64,000 bases of DNA from Octopus sinensis (lineage: Eukaryota). The notes under the pieces were generated by a model. It searched no databases, was not told the DNA's origin, and saw only the letters and a program-made list of their open reading frames with translations. Position numbers and translations under genes: made by a program. This document shows, one piece after another, positions 12,589-26,811 of this stretch. The stretch covers positions 13,702,001-13,766,000 of the forward strand of contig NC_043018.1 in the NCBI RefSeq assembly GCF_006345805.1, read 5' to 3'. Position 1 is the stretch's first letter. Each line of letters opens with the position of its first letter.

Positions 12589-13309
12589 ATAGTCGAAGCA
12601 TTTGTCCGTAAATATTCTCCATTTTATTTACTGTGAATGAAATGTTCTTACTTCAAGCATATCTGACTTGTATAATTGTATGATTTTTATTTCTGCCCAA
12701 CGCTATATTTGAAATGTTCACAGTCAAAAGTATTTTCTCTGTTTTCTATAGCTAAAATCAGTCTTTCCTTAACATTTCGATGTAGATTGAGTATATATGT
12801 TGCACTGGTATCTAACACCATACCTGGATAAACATAACCGTTTACTGCAAAACAAATGTATCATATGATCCTCACACAGAAAATCATGAAATCGTCATCT
12901 TTTCAAATATAGAACTCTCTAAAAGAGCATCATTTTACGTATGTTTCAATTAATGGCTTCTCTATTTCTTTTGTCTCTTAGTGATTTCAGCTACTAATCT
13001 CGGCATGGAAGAACTTGAAAAATAATCGATGATCAGGTACTCCAGGTATTCGTCTGATACCAGAAAGAATTAATGCATGGGTAAATGCGCAGCAATGTGC
13101 AGAATAGCAACAATCATTGAAAGCAATTGTCCTGGAAATGCGACTGGTGCATTTCTTTCCCACTGCAATGCTACGTCGTAGGCATTCCGGAACCGGAACA
13201 CGTCGATTTTGCTCTACCTGTGGGAACGATTTCGGTAAATGTCCAAAAATGATTTCAAGATTCTACATTCCATTTTAGACATGACATTCTAGCCAAACAC
13301 GCACACACA

Positions 13310-13340
<31 letters not shown>

Positions 13341-13668
13341 TGTACACACACACAAACATACACACACGCATGCAAACTGAGTTTGTAGTTCACAAAACAC
13401 GATTCACGTGATGGATAACGGCATAATGCTGACTGTAATATTATACTGACATTACACTCGTGTTGTGAGTATGGAGAATAGATATCATTCATTAGGTTGT
13501 TGAGAAACAAGGAGAGAACTGGCGGTTCACGATGATACGGCATTAGATCTTTAACATCAACGTGGAAGTCGTAGTGAAGGACATACACACACACACACAC
13601 ACACGTCCATACACACCTACATACATACATACATATACAGATGTGTGTGTATGTGTGTGTGTGTGTGG

Positions 13669-13817
13669 AGGCGCAATGGCCTACTGGTTAGGGCAGCGGA
13701 CTCTCGGTCGGAAGATCGCGGTTTCGATTCCCAGACCAGGCGTTGTGTGTGTTTATTGAGCGGAAACATCTAAAAGCTCCACGAATTTCAGGCAGGGGGT
13801 GGTGAAGACCACTGTTG

Positions 13818-13852
<35 letters not shown>

Positions 13853-13925
13853 TGTTTCGTGAGTAACGCTGGGATGGTCTAGCGTGCCGTCCAGCTGGGG
13901 AGAGGGAACTGGCTAGGCTTCAAAA
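13669..13925 (+). mobile_element. tRNA-derived SINE family C copy (inverted partner at ~26200-26450)
   Basis: tRNA-like head GGCGCAATGGCCTACTGGTTAGGGCAGCGGACTCTCGGTCGGAAGATCGCGGTTTCGATTCCC. Confidence 0.7.
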
Positions 13926-13945
13926 GGGCGACGTTGATCGTTTCG

Positions 13946-13985
<40 letters not shown>

Positions 13986-15131
13986 CGGACTTATTTTCAG
14001 TTTCCGCTTTCCAAGTTCACTTAAAAGGCTTTGGTCGGCCCTAGTGTAGTGTAGAAAATTGGCATCAGTTATTTCACTTCTTTCATTCGTCCATTCATCC
14101 GTACACACCAACGTACGAACACAAAACACACACATACATACACATACAAACAAATATAAATTTTTACAAGGAAAAGTTTGACAGTGACTGCGCAGTTTCA
14201 GTTTGCTCTCCCTCACCAGACTAACTAATGAATAAAACACAAAGTTTGCCATAACAGGAGTTGAATTCAGAACACGGGAGGATGGAATTAAATATTAAAT
14301 TATGATACATTTCAGGGCTCAGGACGGGCCACAATGGAGTGTTGCGTTCACATCTGGCATGATGCTGTTCCTATACACACAACTGTCTTAGACCGCATCC
14401 AGAGAAAGAGTACTTCACGTATTGCCCACCAGCATGTTGTTTCCTCTCTCCGTCTTTTCTAACGCTACTGCACCTATAATGGCGTCTGCTCTCTGAATCT
14501 CGCCTCCACCCAGACGTTCTCATATTATTCATCTTTCTCCTTCTCATCATTCTAGTTGTGTCCAAACCTCAAGCCCAACTGTAATTCCTACACCTATTCC
14601 TTCCCTCCCAGGATACCAGCTTCATGGAATTCCATCACGGTTCATTCCTTTTCCGTAAGTGTTCACTTACAAAGTTTAAAGATGAAAGTGATGACAAAAA
14701 TTTCGTAGGCAAAATATAAAAAAAAATATTATTTGATTTTTACTCATGAAAGTAATTTTCTTTTCGATAAATCTCGCTTCATATCTTCCCCTTTCAGATT
14801 TTCTGTTACGCAGAAACTATAATTTAGAAACCGTCTCAGAATTTGAATTTGCCAATATTTAATAACTTTTCTATCATAGACACAAGGCCCTGAAACGTTG
14901 ATGGAGGCTGCTACTCTGTTACACGGACACTTGCTCCCGCTACCATTTATTGCAGCGACCCAGAAATAATGGAAGAGGCAGTCAACATCGGCGAAATTTC
15001 AACCCCAAACTTAAAGCCGGAATTAGTGCCACAAAGTGTTTTATCCAGAGTGCTAATGATTGTGCCAGCTTACCACCTGGGCAATACTAAATTAATTACA
15101 TATATAAGAGATGTAGATATGTAGTTCTTAC

Positions 15132-15192
15132 CTACGAGCCATTTCACTCAAGCTTACATAAGCTCCAGTCTGTTGATGGACGGGAGAGACGT
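15132..15192 (-). CDS. K2 propeptide exon (61 nt, phase 1 to phase 2)
   Basis: TTTTAATGTCTCTTTCAG|...|GTAAGA. Reads (D)VSPVHQQTGAYVSLSEMAR(AG|T=S) and splices in frame to the knottin exon at 11148. Confidence 0.75.
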
Positions 15193-15847
15193 CTGAAAGA
15201 GACATTAAAATACACACGGAAGAATTAGATATCAATTTATCAAAGTTTTGTGTAGAAATACACAAAAGATGCAGGATCATTATGACTGGAACTCATATTT
15301 CCTCTCTCAGACTGTTAATATGGCCCATCACTGTAGTGATGGACATTTCTAATGCATAAAGGAGATAAAAACCAATGGAGCAATAAAAAGGAAAGAGAAG
15401 AAAACAAACAAACAAAAAATACACGAGACATTATATACAGCTCCTGCTGATTCTATTCTTTAATGATTTTAATAATTACGAGTCCAAAAGGCGGTGGCGA
15501 ACTGACGGAATTCTTAGCTCGACAGACAATATGCTTAGCGGCATTTCGGCCGTGCTTACCTTCTGATCTTATATAGAAGTAACAGATCCGAGCTTCACGA
15601 CATTATCGCTAATTTAATTGCACCAATAGTACTAATGCAAATTTAATTCCACCAAAAGTAGCAATGTAAATATATAACTCAGGTGAAGATGATGTCTTCG
15701 AAGCATTTGTCCGTAAATATTCTCCATACGGTTGACTGTGAATGAAATGTTCTTACTTCAAAAGTATCTTGCTTCTATAGAATATATTGGTTTTACTTCT
15801 GTCCGAAATAAGTATTTGAGGCTTGTCAAATACTTACTTACACATAC

Positions 15848-15908
<61 letters not shown>

Positions 15909-16439
15909 GAAAATTGTTTTAAATCTCTCAACGCGAGATATTCAGTTACAGTACTTCACAGCGAAGTTTATTTGCCAACAGAACGTGACGGTCCTATAGA
16001 GGACGATGTTGCTGTTGTTGAAGCCCCATCTTTTCCTGCTGGCCATCGACACACAGTTTTGTGTCTGTATAGTGCTTACAAGGGAGGTCACTGTTCCCGA
16101 CTCCAGGCTTACGTGATACTAACAGACTATGGTTCCTGGAAGAATACCTGGATTATGTGCGGTTGGAGACAGACGATCATATCGACCCCAGTACTCAACT
16201 GGTACTTGATTTATCGACCTCGAACCGATGAAAAGTAAATCGACCTCGGCAGTGTTTGAACTCAGTTAGAACTAATAATTAATAAATAGCAATTAGATAA
16301 AAAAAAAGGTGATTTTAAGCAGTATCAAATCTATGTCCTCCATAATGTCCATGTTCTTCAGTGGAGACGTCAAACTTTTCGATGAAAACACGACAATGTC
16401 TATATGTTGGTTTTCAGATGCAAAAATATATATTCTTTT

Positions 16440-16803
16440 GTTTTTCTACTCTAGGCACAAGGTCCGAAATTTTGGAGGAAGTGCCAGTCGAATAGATTGA
16501 CCCCAGTACGCAATTGGTACTTAATTTATCGGAATTTGAACTCGGATCGTAAATATAGACGAAATACCTATTTCTTTATTACCCATAAGGAGCTAAACAT
16601 AGAGGGGACAAACAAGGACAGACAAACGGATTAATTCGATTACATCGACTCCAGTGCGTAACTGGTACATAATTTTATCGACCCCGATAGGATGAAAGGC
16701 AAAGTCGACCTCGGCGGAATTTGAACTCAAAACGTAATGGCATACGAAATACTGCAAAGCATTTCGCCCGGCGTTGCTAACGTTTCTACTTGTTCGCCGC
16801 CTT
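16440..16803 (-). mobile_element. SINE-like family B copy
   Basis: Reverse complement of the family B consensus. Confidence 0.75.
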
Positions 16804-17347
16804 ATGCGAACATGTATATTGATACTAGAAAATCGCTGCATATTCCAAATTGTTGTTTAGGAACAAGTTATTCCTACTCCAGCTGACATATCGTCAAAGA
16901 CATTTAATTATCATTTCAACAATTAGTAATGTGACTAATTGCAACAATAGTTTTAAGTATTAACGAATATTTATAATTTTGGCCGATATAATGTTTTAGA
17001 ATCATTTTTAATTGTTGCCTCTCGATAAAGTGAGTAAATGAGAACATTTTTCGAGAACTTGTGACAAATATAAAGCTGTATTAGCCAACACTAATATTCT
17101 CATTTGTTTCTTAACAACCGATTTGAATTAGCCAAAAAAAAAAACAAAACTAGAAAAGCTACAGTTTATCCCAAAAGTAAAGATTAAAACCATCCATATT
17201 CACCAAGTGCAAGCGCTGAACTGTGAGGCGAAAATCTTGAAGGATACTTTCTCTTTTTCAGGTTCTTCGGTTGTACACATGAATACAGGCAACAAAAAAA
17301 CGAAGCTTACAAACACACATTCTACCTCTATAAGACATCATCATTAC

Positions 17348-17414
17348 CATAACACTCTGTACATTGTTATTACTAATTTACAAACAGCCACAATGAATAA
17401 TTTGAATGTTACAT
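17348..17414 (-). pseudogene. Candidate degenerate signal-peptide exon of K2
   Basis: Homologous to 23631-23700 in the mirror position, with donor ATG|GTAATG and a hydrophobic frame FKLFIVAVCKLVITM. The ATG is followed by TAA and the frames are disrupted. Confidence 0.3.
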
Positions 17415-17782
17415 ACTTGTTATATTCTAACGGTAAAGTTCAAATTAGATGATGGTATTTATATATATAGTCTGTTTGCTCCAACCTTCTTCTTCTTATC
17501 TCAGTCTCAACTTGCTATGTATGTATACATATACATATATATTTCGGTAATATTTATATATATATATATATATCTGTTTGTGAGGGCGTAGGTAGGTTTG
17601 TGAAAGACATGATTAATGAGATGAGATTCAATATTACTAGTCTTTGTAGCTCGGACACTTGCGTGGAGTGATAATAAAGAATAAGTCATTTCAAACAATA
17701 TTAAATTTATATTCTGTTACGTCAACGTTCATCACTGAACGACAGAGCGACATCTGTGTGTCAGGAAATTAGTTCACAGCGA

Positions 17783-18020
17783 AGGCGGTGAGCTGACAGA
17801 AACTTTAGCACGCCGGGCGAAATGCTTTGCAGTATTTCGTCTGCCTTTACGTTCTGAGTTCAAGTTCCGCCGAGGTTGACATTGCCTTTCATCCTTTCGG
17901 GATCGATAAAATTATGTACCAGTTACGCACTGGAGCCGATGTAATCGACTTAATCCCTTTATCTGTCCTTGTTCGTCCCCTCTATGTTCAGCCCCTTGTG
18001 GGCAATAAAAAAATAAGAAA
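17783..18020 (+). mobile_element. SINE-like family B copy
   Basis: Matches the family B consensus. Confidence 0.75.
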
Positions 18021-18424
18021 TTAGTTCACAGTTTTCCTCAGGAAAAATGTTACAGGAATTTGAATAAGTAAAGTTGAGTTGTAACATCTTTTCAGCATAG
18101 CTTAGAGTGGATTTCAAAAAGTTCTGCATGATGGACGGGTTTTATGTCTAAGTTCTTCGGCTGATATCTAAGATCCCACTAAAAATGCCTGCTGTGCAAA
18201 TTCATTACAAATTACAGTATTACCAGTATTTAATGAAAAATCAGAGGAAGAACGACTACGATGCTTTATTTCTTGGAAACATAAACGAAATGCCTTTTCC
18301 AGTTCACATGGTAGAGATTTAATATCTAAATCACATCAAAACAAAAGCAAGAGAGAAACGAAATAGCGATTCAAAGCACTGGCTTGAATCAAAATAGTAT
18401 TACCTCAGTATTTCTTAGGTTCTG

Positions 18425-18810
18425 ATACACTTGTTTCAGTCATGTGACTGTGGCCATGCTGAAGCACAGCCTTTATTCGAGCAAATTGGCCCCAGGACTT
18501 ATTCTTTGCAAGCCTAGTACTTATTCTATCGGTCTCTTTTGCCAAACCGCTAAGTTACGGGGACGTAAACACACCAGCATCGGTTGTCAAGCGATGTTGG
18601 GGGGGGGGGACAAACATAGACACACAAACATATACTCACAGATACATATATATAGATATATATACATACATATATACGACGGCCTTCTTTCAGTTTCCAT
18701 CTACCAAATCCACTCACAAGGATTTGGTCGGCCCGAGAATATAGTAGAAGACACTTGCCCAAGGTGCCACGCAATGGGACTGAACCCGGAACCATGTGGT
18801 TCGTAAGCAA
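18425..18810 (-). mobile_element. SINE family A copy
   Basis: Reverse complement of the family A consensus. Confidence 0.8.
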
Positions 18811-19342
18811 GCTACGTTCAACTTCAAAAAGATGAAGATCTCTAGCAAAGGAAACATATAGAGAATTGCCATCCATGCACGCACAAAGTTGAATGGATAA
18901 AGATAGATGTAGAAAATTGATAAATGTAGTTAGCAATTCTGGTGAACTACAAAAGTAAAATATTTGACTATCTGAGACCCATTTAGTGCATTTAGTGAAG
19001 AACGGAATGATGTTGTTGATAATATTCGACTCGTAACAAACACTGGTGGACAGTGAATTCTCTCCAGATGTTAGTATCAGTAAACCGAGGAAAGGTGATG
19101 AATATTTCAGAAGTAGATGTTGAACGAGTTATTTCCAACTGATGAGCTCAAACTAGGTTTTTGCACAGAGAGGGTGAAATCAATTGATCCTGAAATAGAC
19201 ACATTTCTTACTTCTGTATTCCACGAAAGGAAAGCCTGCTTCTGCTATATTCGTTGCATTGCTCGTGTGTATTTTGGAGGTACGGGTCTGTTTATAGCAA
19301 GTGGTATTTAAATAGCCTACGATATCTATCTACCTACCTACC

Positions 19343-19409
<67 letters not shown>

Positions 19410-19454
19410 ATCTATGTGTTTATGTATGTATGTATGTGTATATTTACATATGTT

Positions 19455-19500
<46 letters not shown>

Positions 19501-19519
19501 ATATAATATATATATATAA

Positions 19520-21445
19520 TAAAATATTAGTGAATAAATCCAAACTTACAGGGAAAAATCAGATTTAGGATTAAATCCAATTTTATAGTATAAATATATT
19601 ATATTATAGTATATTAAATTAGAGATAAAACCACTATTAGGCAAATCAAACAATGAAAAACATAAGCTAATACATAAAATTAATTAATTATATTATTTTA
19701 AATATATATCATAAGTATTAAAAGTTTAATAAAAAATAAAGAGTAAAACACTACGATCATTTCTTAGCTGTACTATTCGTAATAATTCGAGTTATGGTTA
19801 CAGTCAATCTTCAGGTGAATTGAAATATCAGACTCTATATTCAATAAATCATTAAATATTCATTAAAAATATATTTAGTAATAAAATATTTAGTAATAAA
19901 ATGAACAACTATATATAATCTAACTATAATTAAAAACTGAACCTAAATAACTAAAAGAAACTAATATAATAAATACTACAAATCACCTGCTATATTTAGA
20001 ATACTATTACATAAAACAACAAATAGGGATAATTAAGGCTAAGAAATATTCATTATTTATCAAGAAATTTATTATATAAGTAAAGCAACTTGTGTCTGCA
20101 TTTTATTTTGCGCTCATCACAGGTTTTCACTAAATTATCATGCTTATAAAATAAAATTTCCTTAAACTCATTTGAACATAAATAACAAAAATTCGCTCCT
20201 ATACTATATGATTTAGCCTTACTAATTATTTCCCAAGATAAATTATAATTAATATTTTGGAATTTAAGTCCCCAAATGTACTTGCTAAGTCCAGTGGAGT
20301 TAATTAAGTTTTTATTTTTAAATGAATGCATATGCTGTGCAATTCTTAATTTTATTTTAGAGGAAGTGGACCCTATATATATCGCGTTTGAGTTATTATT
20401 ATTCTTATTATTCTCATCATGTAATGTAACTATACATTTATACACTACATCGTTATATCGCATTTATTATTTAATTTACATTTAGTTTTATCTCTACATG
20501 TACAGTTAATTAGTGTCTTATCTATATTATTGGTATTATTATATAATTTATGTTTATCAAAATTATTCAGTTTAAATTTGTTAAAAGAAGAAATAATGTT
20601 ACCTACACTATTAGTGGTGGAAGAACCTACTCCAAAAATTATTACTAGAGAAAATGTTTTTATATTTACGATTATCTCGAATAAATAGTTCAATAATATC
20701 TAAAATCTCTTTAATAATGTTCGTTTTAACTTGAGCACCAGAAGGAACTATTAACCAAATTTTATTCGTATTTTCCTTGTTCTTATTATTAAAACTGTCA
20801 TTATTATTGTTACCATTATTATTATTATATTTCTTTATCATATATTATTATTATTATTAGATTTATATTTATAATTAATATTTAAAGAATTATTAAAGTT
20901 ATTAATTATATTTCCATTTTTATTCTTATTTTTATTTATATTATTTTTATTTTTATAATTTCTAAGATTATTACAACTATTACTAACAAAATTATTATAA
21001 TTATTATTAATATTTTTATCTCTAATATTAATAGTTATATCTTAATTTTTAATAAAAATTTAATATTACTATTATAACCTGCCTCTCTATGGGCCTCATT
21101 GTAATAAGGAGCATGTTTATTAAAAATCTCTAAATCATAAGAAAGTAATGATATATGTTTACTTATATTATTAATCAACGAGTTTTTAATTGATGGTGGG
21201 TGATTACTATTAACATTTATATATCTGAGGTTCTCATTAAGTTTATGATATGGTTGTGTTTTACCTGTTATTAGATTAAAATTGACATCTAAATAATTAA
21301 CATTAAAATTCTCATTATATATAATAATACTTAAATCATATCTTTTAAAGAAACTATAAAGTTTTTTTATTAGGTTCCTATTAGTGCAATTTTTAGTAAT
21401 TAGTAGAAGGTCATCCCTATATTAACCACCCTCTATTTTTAAATT
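19520..21445 (-). mobile_element. Degraded Penelope-like element (RT C-terminal half, linker, GIY-YIG, terminal repeat)
   Basis: Minus-strand YRDD near 21420, then NVNYLDVNFNL and YINVNSNHPPSI. Linker CTCRDKTKC. ORF 20053-20463 reads VVYKC...YIGSTSSKIKLRIAQHMHSF...CYLCSNE. Frameshifted. Confidence 0.85.
19749..19817 (-). ncRNA. Degenerate hammerhead ribozyme motif in the Penelope-like terminal repeat
   Basis: Minus strand reads CAC CTGAAGA TTGACTGTA...TACAGCTAA GAAA TGATC GTA GTG. Stem I is only 3 bp and stem III is weakened. Confidence 0.5.
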
Positions 21446-21467
21446 TTCTAATTGGAGTTCAGATAAA

Positions 21468-21583
<116 letters not shown>

Positions 21584-22031
21584 CATACATACATATATAT
21601 ATATATGTGCATATACACACACACTGCTGCTGTGTTTTTAGTTGTTCTTGTTGCTTTCTTTACAATCCGAGCAAACCCGCCAACAAGTTTTCCATAATTT
21701 TACAATTTTTTTCCGTGAGTTTTGTGCTTCCTTGTGAATGTCATAACTCCTTGCGAGTTTGTTAATTCCGCGTCGCCACTGCTGTTTCCTTAATGGTGGA
21801 TTGTTATAACGCCCACTCTGGTATAGCTGAATAGTTAGTTAGACCAGTAAAGACCACGACTTTCTATATCCGACTACTACATACTCTTAGTCGACATTGA
21901 CTGATGTCACTTTATTTATAGCGGCTAACACATACCAACTCGTCACGTAGGAGGGGTGTAATTTTATCACTATTTCCCCTACAACACAAACACCGACAGA
22001 AAAACAAACACACACACATATATATGTGTCG

Positions 22032-22100
<69 letters not shown>

Positions 22101-22339
22101 TTCAAATACACCTACATATATTTCAACTGCATCGGTTAGTAAACGTTGTCGGTGCACTTTCTTTCAGCAAGCAAATCGACCCAAGGCCGTTTTATAAGCC
22201 CGTTCTCTACTGTTCTCATTTGCTAAATCTCTAAAGTATGGCGACGCTTCACACCCGGATTTAGAGCCAACAACAGACGGAAGTCACACGCCCACATGTG
22301 GTTGTATGTGTGTGTGTGTGTGTGTGAGTGTGTGTATGA

Positions 22340-22370
<31 letters not shown>

Positions 22371-23630
22371 TTATTAATGAGAGAGATGGAATATGGAAGA
22401 TACGAGGATCTCAATTGATCACTAGAAATGCTTCGACCCATCGTGTGGGGTCTGACCATCTGGTTAGGCGTATTCATTGGTGTAGTTGTGTTTCCACAGG
22501 TGATTTCAATAAGTACCTCGTTGAAATAAACTCCGCTTCGCAAGATGTCTTCTTGGTTTTCGTATATAGATGTGGCAAATTAAGGTATACATCATCATTC
22601 TTATTGAACATCCATTGAACAAATCTCAGATACAATAAGAAACACATACTGAAAGCAGTGAAAAATGTATTAGATATCTAATTACATCGACTCCTGTCCT
22701 CAACTGGTACTTATTTTATCAACTGGGAAATGATGAATGGCAGTTGATATCGGCGGAATTTGAACTCAGAATCGCGGATCGCGGCGAAGGAATAATAAAA
22801 CAAAGCAACTGACACAACATACGTTAATCATTAGCAGCACGTCGACACATGCCAACTTACAGTCCTGTTTATATATTTATGACCGGTCAACATTATTTAT
22901 TATTGTAATTTCTTTTTATCTTCTATCATTTTAATTGTTTTAGTCATTAGACTGCGGCCATGCTAGGGTGCCACTTGAAGAAATTCAGTCGAATAAATCA
23001 ACACCAGTACTTTTGTTTTTTTATTTTGAAGCCTGACACTTCACTTTTGCCAAACCGATAAGTTGTGGGGTCTAGAGTTTTTCTCTTAAAAACAAGGATC
23101 GGCTTTAACAGAAGTTAATCAGAACCAAAGAAAGTACTTAAGTAATCTTATTTGTTTCGAGGCCAGTGGCTTCCATCGCTGTTCTTTTTCTATCTCTTTT
23201 CTTTTTTGCTTGGCCATAGATTTTAATTTTCTGCCATGTCGATAGCAACAGGTATTTTGTTTATGTTCTCAATAAATTCTGATATGGTTTGAAATGACGT
23301 TTTCTCATCACTAAATCAATCACACATCTGTCGATCTACATAACTTAGTAAATACTGAATCACATCGTATAAATCATGCTCTTGATATATGTGTGTGTGC
23401 GAGTGTGTTTGTGTGTGTGCGTGTGTGTTTGTGTGTGTATGTGCGTGTGTGACCAAAAGAAGGAAACAGTAAAGTAAAAATTGAGAGAGAAGAAATCAAA
23501 AGCCAGAACAACCAAGGGTTGAAGAGGTTCAGTAAGTTTACTAACAAATACAAAGCTCACCAACCAGCCTGACGCTGCCCAAGAGAAGGTTCGAGAGCGC
23601 TTATATCAATACCGTTCTAATGTAACACGT

Positions 23631-23700
23631 ATGTAGCATTTCGATATTTTCATTGTGGCTGTGTGTGAATTAGTAATAGCAATAGACAGAGTATGTTATG
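23631..23700 (+). pseudogene. Candidate signal-peptide exon of K3 with a premature stop
   Basis: ATG TAG then HFDIFIVAVCELVIAIDRVCY G|GTAATG. The phase-1 end matches the phase-1 start of the propeptide exon at 25566. Confidence 0.35.
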
Positions 23701-23863
23701 GTAATGATGATGGTGGTAGTGGTGGTGGTAGTGGTAGAGCTTAATTTGTTTGTTGACGGTTTGCATGTGTACAGTCCAAGAACGGCAAACAGAGAGAATA
23801 AACGGAATGTTTTACAAATTCTCACTTTATATCTCATCGGTTGTATTTGTAAAAATGTAAGGC

Positions 23864-24060
23864 GGCGTGCTGGCAGAATCGTTAGCACGATGGGCGAAAT
23901 GCTTAGCCCGTATTTCGTCTGCCGCTACGTTCTGAGCTCAAATTCTGACGAAGTCGACTTTTCCCTTCATCATTTCGGGTTCGATAAATTACGTACCAGT
24001 TGAGTACTGGGGTCGATATGATCGACTATCCACCTCCCTGCAAAATCCAGGCCTTGTGCT
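23864..24060 (+). mobile_element. SINE-like family B copy
   Basis: Matches the family B consensus. Confidence 0.7.
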
Positions 24061-25565
24061 TATGGTACAAAGAATTGTATTTGGAAAATATGAATCAGTT
24101 TACCCCGCACTTTTTGGATGAGCTCGAGCTTTTCTAATTCTAATGTTTTGGTTAATGCTAATTATTTGTGAAGAAAAAAAGTAAACATATTTAGGCGGAT
24201 ATTTGTGCTGTTCATTTCTCATTAATTTACGAAAGATGCTTCTATTTTTTTTTCATGACGAGACATTCACATCCATTAAACTTTGCAACAGAGCACGACT
24301 GCAGCCCTCAAATCCTATCATCGGGTTGCTGTTTTTATTGAGTTGTTGCACCAGTATTCTTTGATTTGAAATGTGTGAATACATTCTGGTTCTGGTCTAT
24401 ATTTGACATAGCAGTAAAAACAACAGGTTTTTTATACAGCGTTTTTAGATGGTGTGTGTATGTTTGTAAGTATTTGACAAGCCTCAAATACTTGTTTCAG
24501 ACAGAAGTCAAACCAATATATTCTATAGGAGCCAGATACTTTGAAGTAAGAACATTTTATTCACAGTCAACAGTATGGAGAATATTTACGGACAAATGCT
24601 TCGAAGACATCATCTTCACCTCAGTTATATATTTACATTAGTACTTTTGGTGGAATAAATTTGCATTAGTACTTTTGGTGCAATTAAATTAGCTACTTAT
24701 TGTTTAAACGACAATGTCGTGAAGCTCGGATTTTCGTGAAATAAATTTGGATAGCGAAAAAAATAAGTGTTACTATTTCAGCTGCAGATTCCGTTTGTAA
24801 TGACTCCCGTTGTTTTATTTCTCTATCAGTAGGTGTGTGAAAAAAAGCATCAGTGTCCTATTGTTTTGTGTATCCATTTCATACACCTTCTCCGATAAAC
24901 AAGTAAGTATAATAAGAAATATCTTTTATTTTATAGTCATCAGGTATGTAGTGGGAGAAAAAGAGGGAGAGAAGAAAAATGAATACCCTTACCCAGCTGT
25001 ACTTCGTATGTACCCCATTTATATGTAATTACAACTTTCAAAGAAATAACTCTACACATAGGTCAAATATTCAGAATTACGATTCTTCAACATAATATAA
25101 AACATTTCCTTAACAATATAACTGACGAATCTTTTATATACAAACCAAGAAGAATTCTAGTGGTGTGCTCTGATCTGTTACTTCTATACAGGATCAGAAC
25201 GTAAGCACGGCCGAAATGCCGCTAAGCATATAGTCTGTCGAGCTAAGAATTCCGTCAGTTCGCCACCGCCTTTTGGACTCATAATTATTAAAATCATTAA
25301 AGAATAGAATCAGCAGGAGCTGTATATAATGTCTCGTGTATTGTTTGTTTGTTTGTTTGTTTTCTTCTCTTTCCTTTTAATTACTCCATTGGTTTTTTAT
25401 CTCCTTATGCATTAGAAATGTCCATCACTACAGTGATGGGCCATATTAACAGTCTGAGAGAGGAAATATGAGTTCCAGTCGTAATGATCTGCATCTTTTG
25501 TGTATTTCTACACAAAAAGTAAATTGATATCTAATTTTCCGTGTGTATTTTAATGTCTCTTTCAG

Positions 25566-25625
25566 ACGTCTCTCCGTCCATCAACCGACTGGAGCTAATG
25601 TAATTTTGAGTGAAATGGCTCGTAG
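25566..25625 (+). CDS. K3 propeptide exon (60 nt; one C short relative to K2, so frameshifted as assembled)
   Basis: Same acceptor and GTAAGA donor as 15132-15192. Restoring one C in TCTCC(C)GTC gives (D)VSPVHQPTGANVILSEMAR(S). Confidence 0.6.
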
Positions 25626-26133
25626 GTAAGAACTACATATCACATCTCTTATATATGTAATTAATTTAGTATTCTCTGAATGCGGTCTAAGACAGTTGTG
25701 TATATAGGAACAGCATCGTCCCAGATGTGAAAGCAACACTCCATTGTGGCCCGTCCTGAGCTCTGAAATGTATCATAATTTAATATTTAATTCCATCCTC
25801 CCGTGTTCTGAATTCAAATCCTGTTATCGCCAACTTTGTGTTTTTATTCATTAGTTAGTCTGGTGAGGGAGAGCAAACTGAAACTGCGCAGTCACTGTCA
25901 AACTTTTCCTTGTAAAAATTTATATTTGTTTGTATGTGTATGTATATATGTGTGTGTGTGTGTGTTTGTGTGTGAGTACGTGGGTGTGTACGGATGAATG
26001 GACGAACGAAAGAAGTGAAACTCTTTTTCTAATAAACTGATGCCAATTTTCTACACTACACTCGACCGACCAAAGCCTTTAAGTGAACTTGGAAAGCGGA
26101 AACTGAAAATAAGTCCGTATATATATATATATC

Positions 26134-26166
<33 letters not shown>

Positions 26167-26774
26167 ATATATAGAACGAAACGATCAAACGTCGCCCTTT
26201 TGAAGCCTAGCCAGTTCCCTTCTCCCCAGCTGGACGGACGCTAGACCATCCCAGCGTTACTCACGAAACAGGAAGAGAGAGAGAGAGAGAGAGAGAGGTG
26301 CAACAGTGGTCTTCACCACCCCCTGCCTGAAATTCGTGGAGCTTTTAGGTGTTTCCGCTCAATAAACACACACAACGCCTGGTGTGGGAATCGAAACCGC
26401 GATCCTCCGACCGCGAGTCCGCTGCTCTAACCAGTAGGCCATTACGCCTCCACGCACACACACATACACACACATCTGTATATGTATGTATGTAGGTGTG
26501 TATGGACGTGTGTGTGTGTGTGTGTGTATGTCCTTCACTACGACTTCCACGTTGATGTTAAAGATCTAATGCCGTATCATCGTGAACCGCCATTTCTCTC
26601 CTTGTTTCTCAACAACCTAATGAATGATATCTATTCTCCATACTCACAACACGAGTGTAATGTCAGTATAATATTACAGTCAGCATTATACCGTTATCCA
26701 TCACGTGAATCGTGTTTTGTGAACTACAAACTCAGTTTGCATGCGTGTGTGTATGTTTGTGTGTGTGTGTCCTT

Positions 26775-26811
<37 letters not shown>

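Larger units (their letters stand above)
9385..15850 (-). repeat. Left arm of a large inverted duplication carrying K2; pairs with 24450-30290
   Basis: Reverse-complement collinearity including shared SINEs, microsatellites and exons. Weaker homology extends to ~17250-17450 versus ~23600-23800. Confidence 0.9.

Noticed and set aside
11441-13740. tRNA genes at the heads of families A and C
   Set aside because: A/B-box-like heads run directly into SINE bodies and lack a complete cloverleaf, so they are treated as tRNA-derived SINEs.
15650-15740. Minus-strand MENIYGQMLRRHHLHLSYIFTLLLLVELNLH* behind an acceptor-like site, as K2 signal exon
   Set aside because: It hits a stop with no phase-1 donor, is truncated in the K3 arm (24575), and the motif is also duplicated at ~12600/27520 in a non-coding context.
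24810-24950. Signal-like VKKSISVLLFCVSISYTFS with GTAAGT/GTATGT donors as K3 exon 1
   Set aside because: No in-frame ATG, donors are phase 0 or 2 rather than 1, and the block is absent from the K2 arm.
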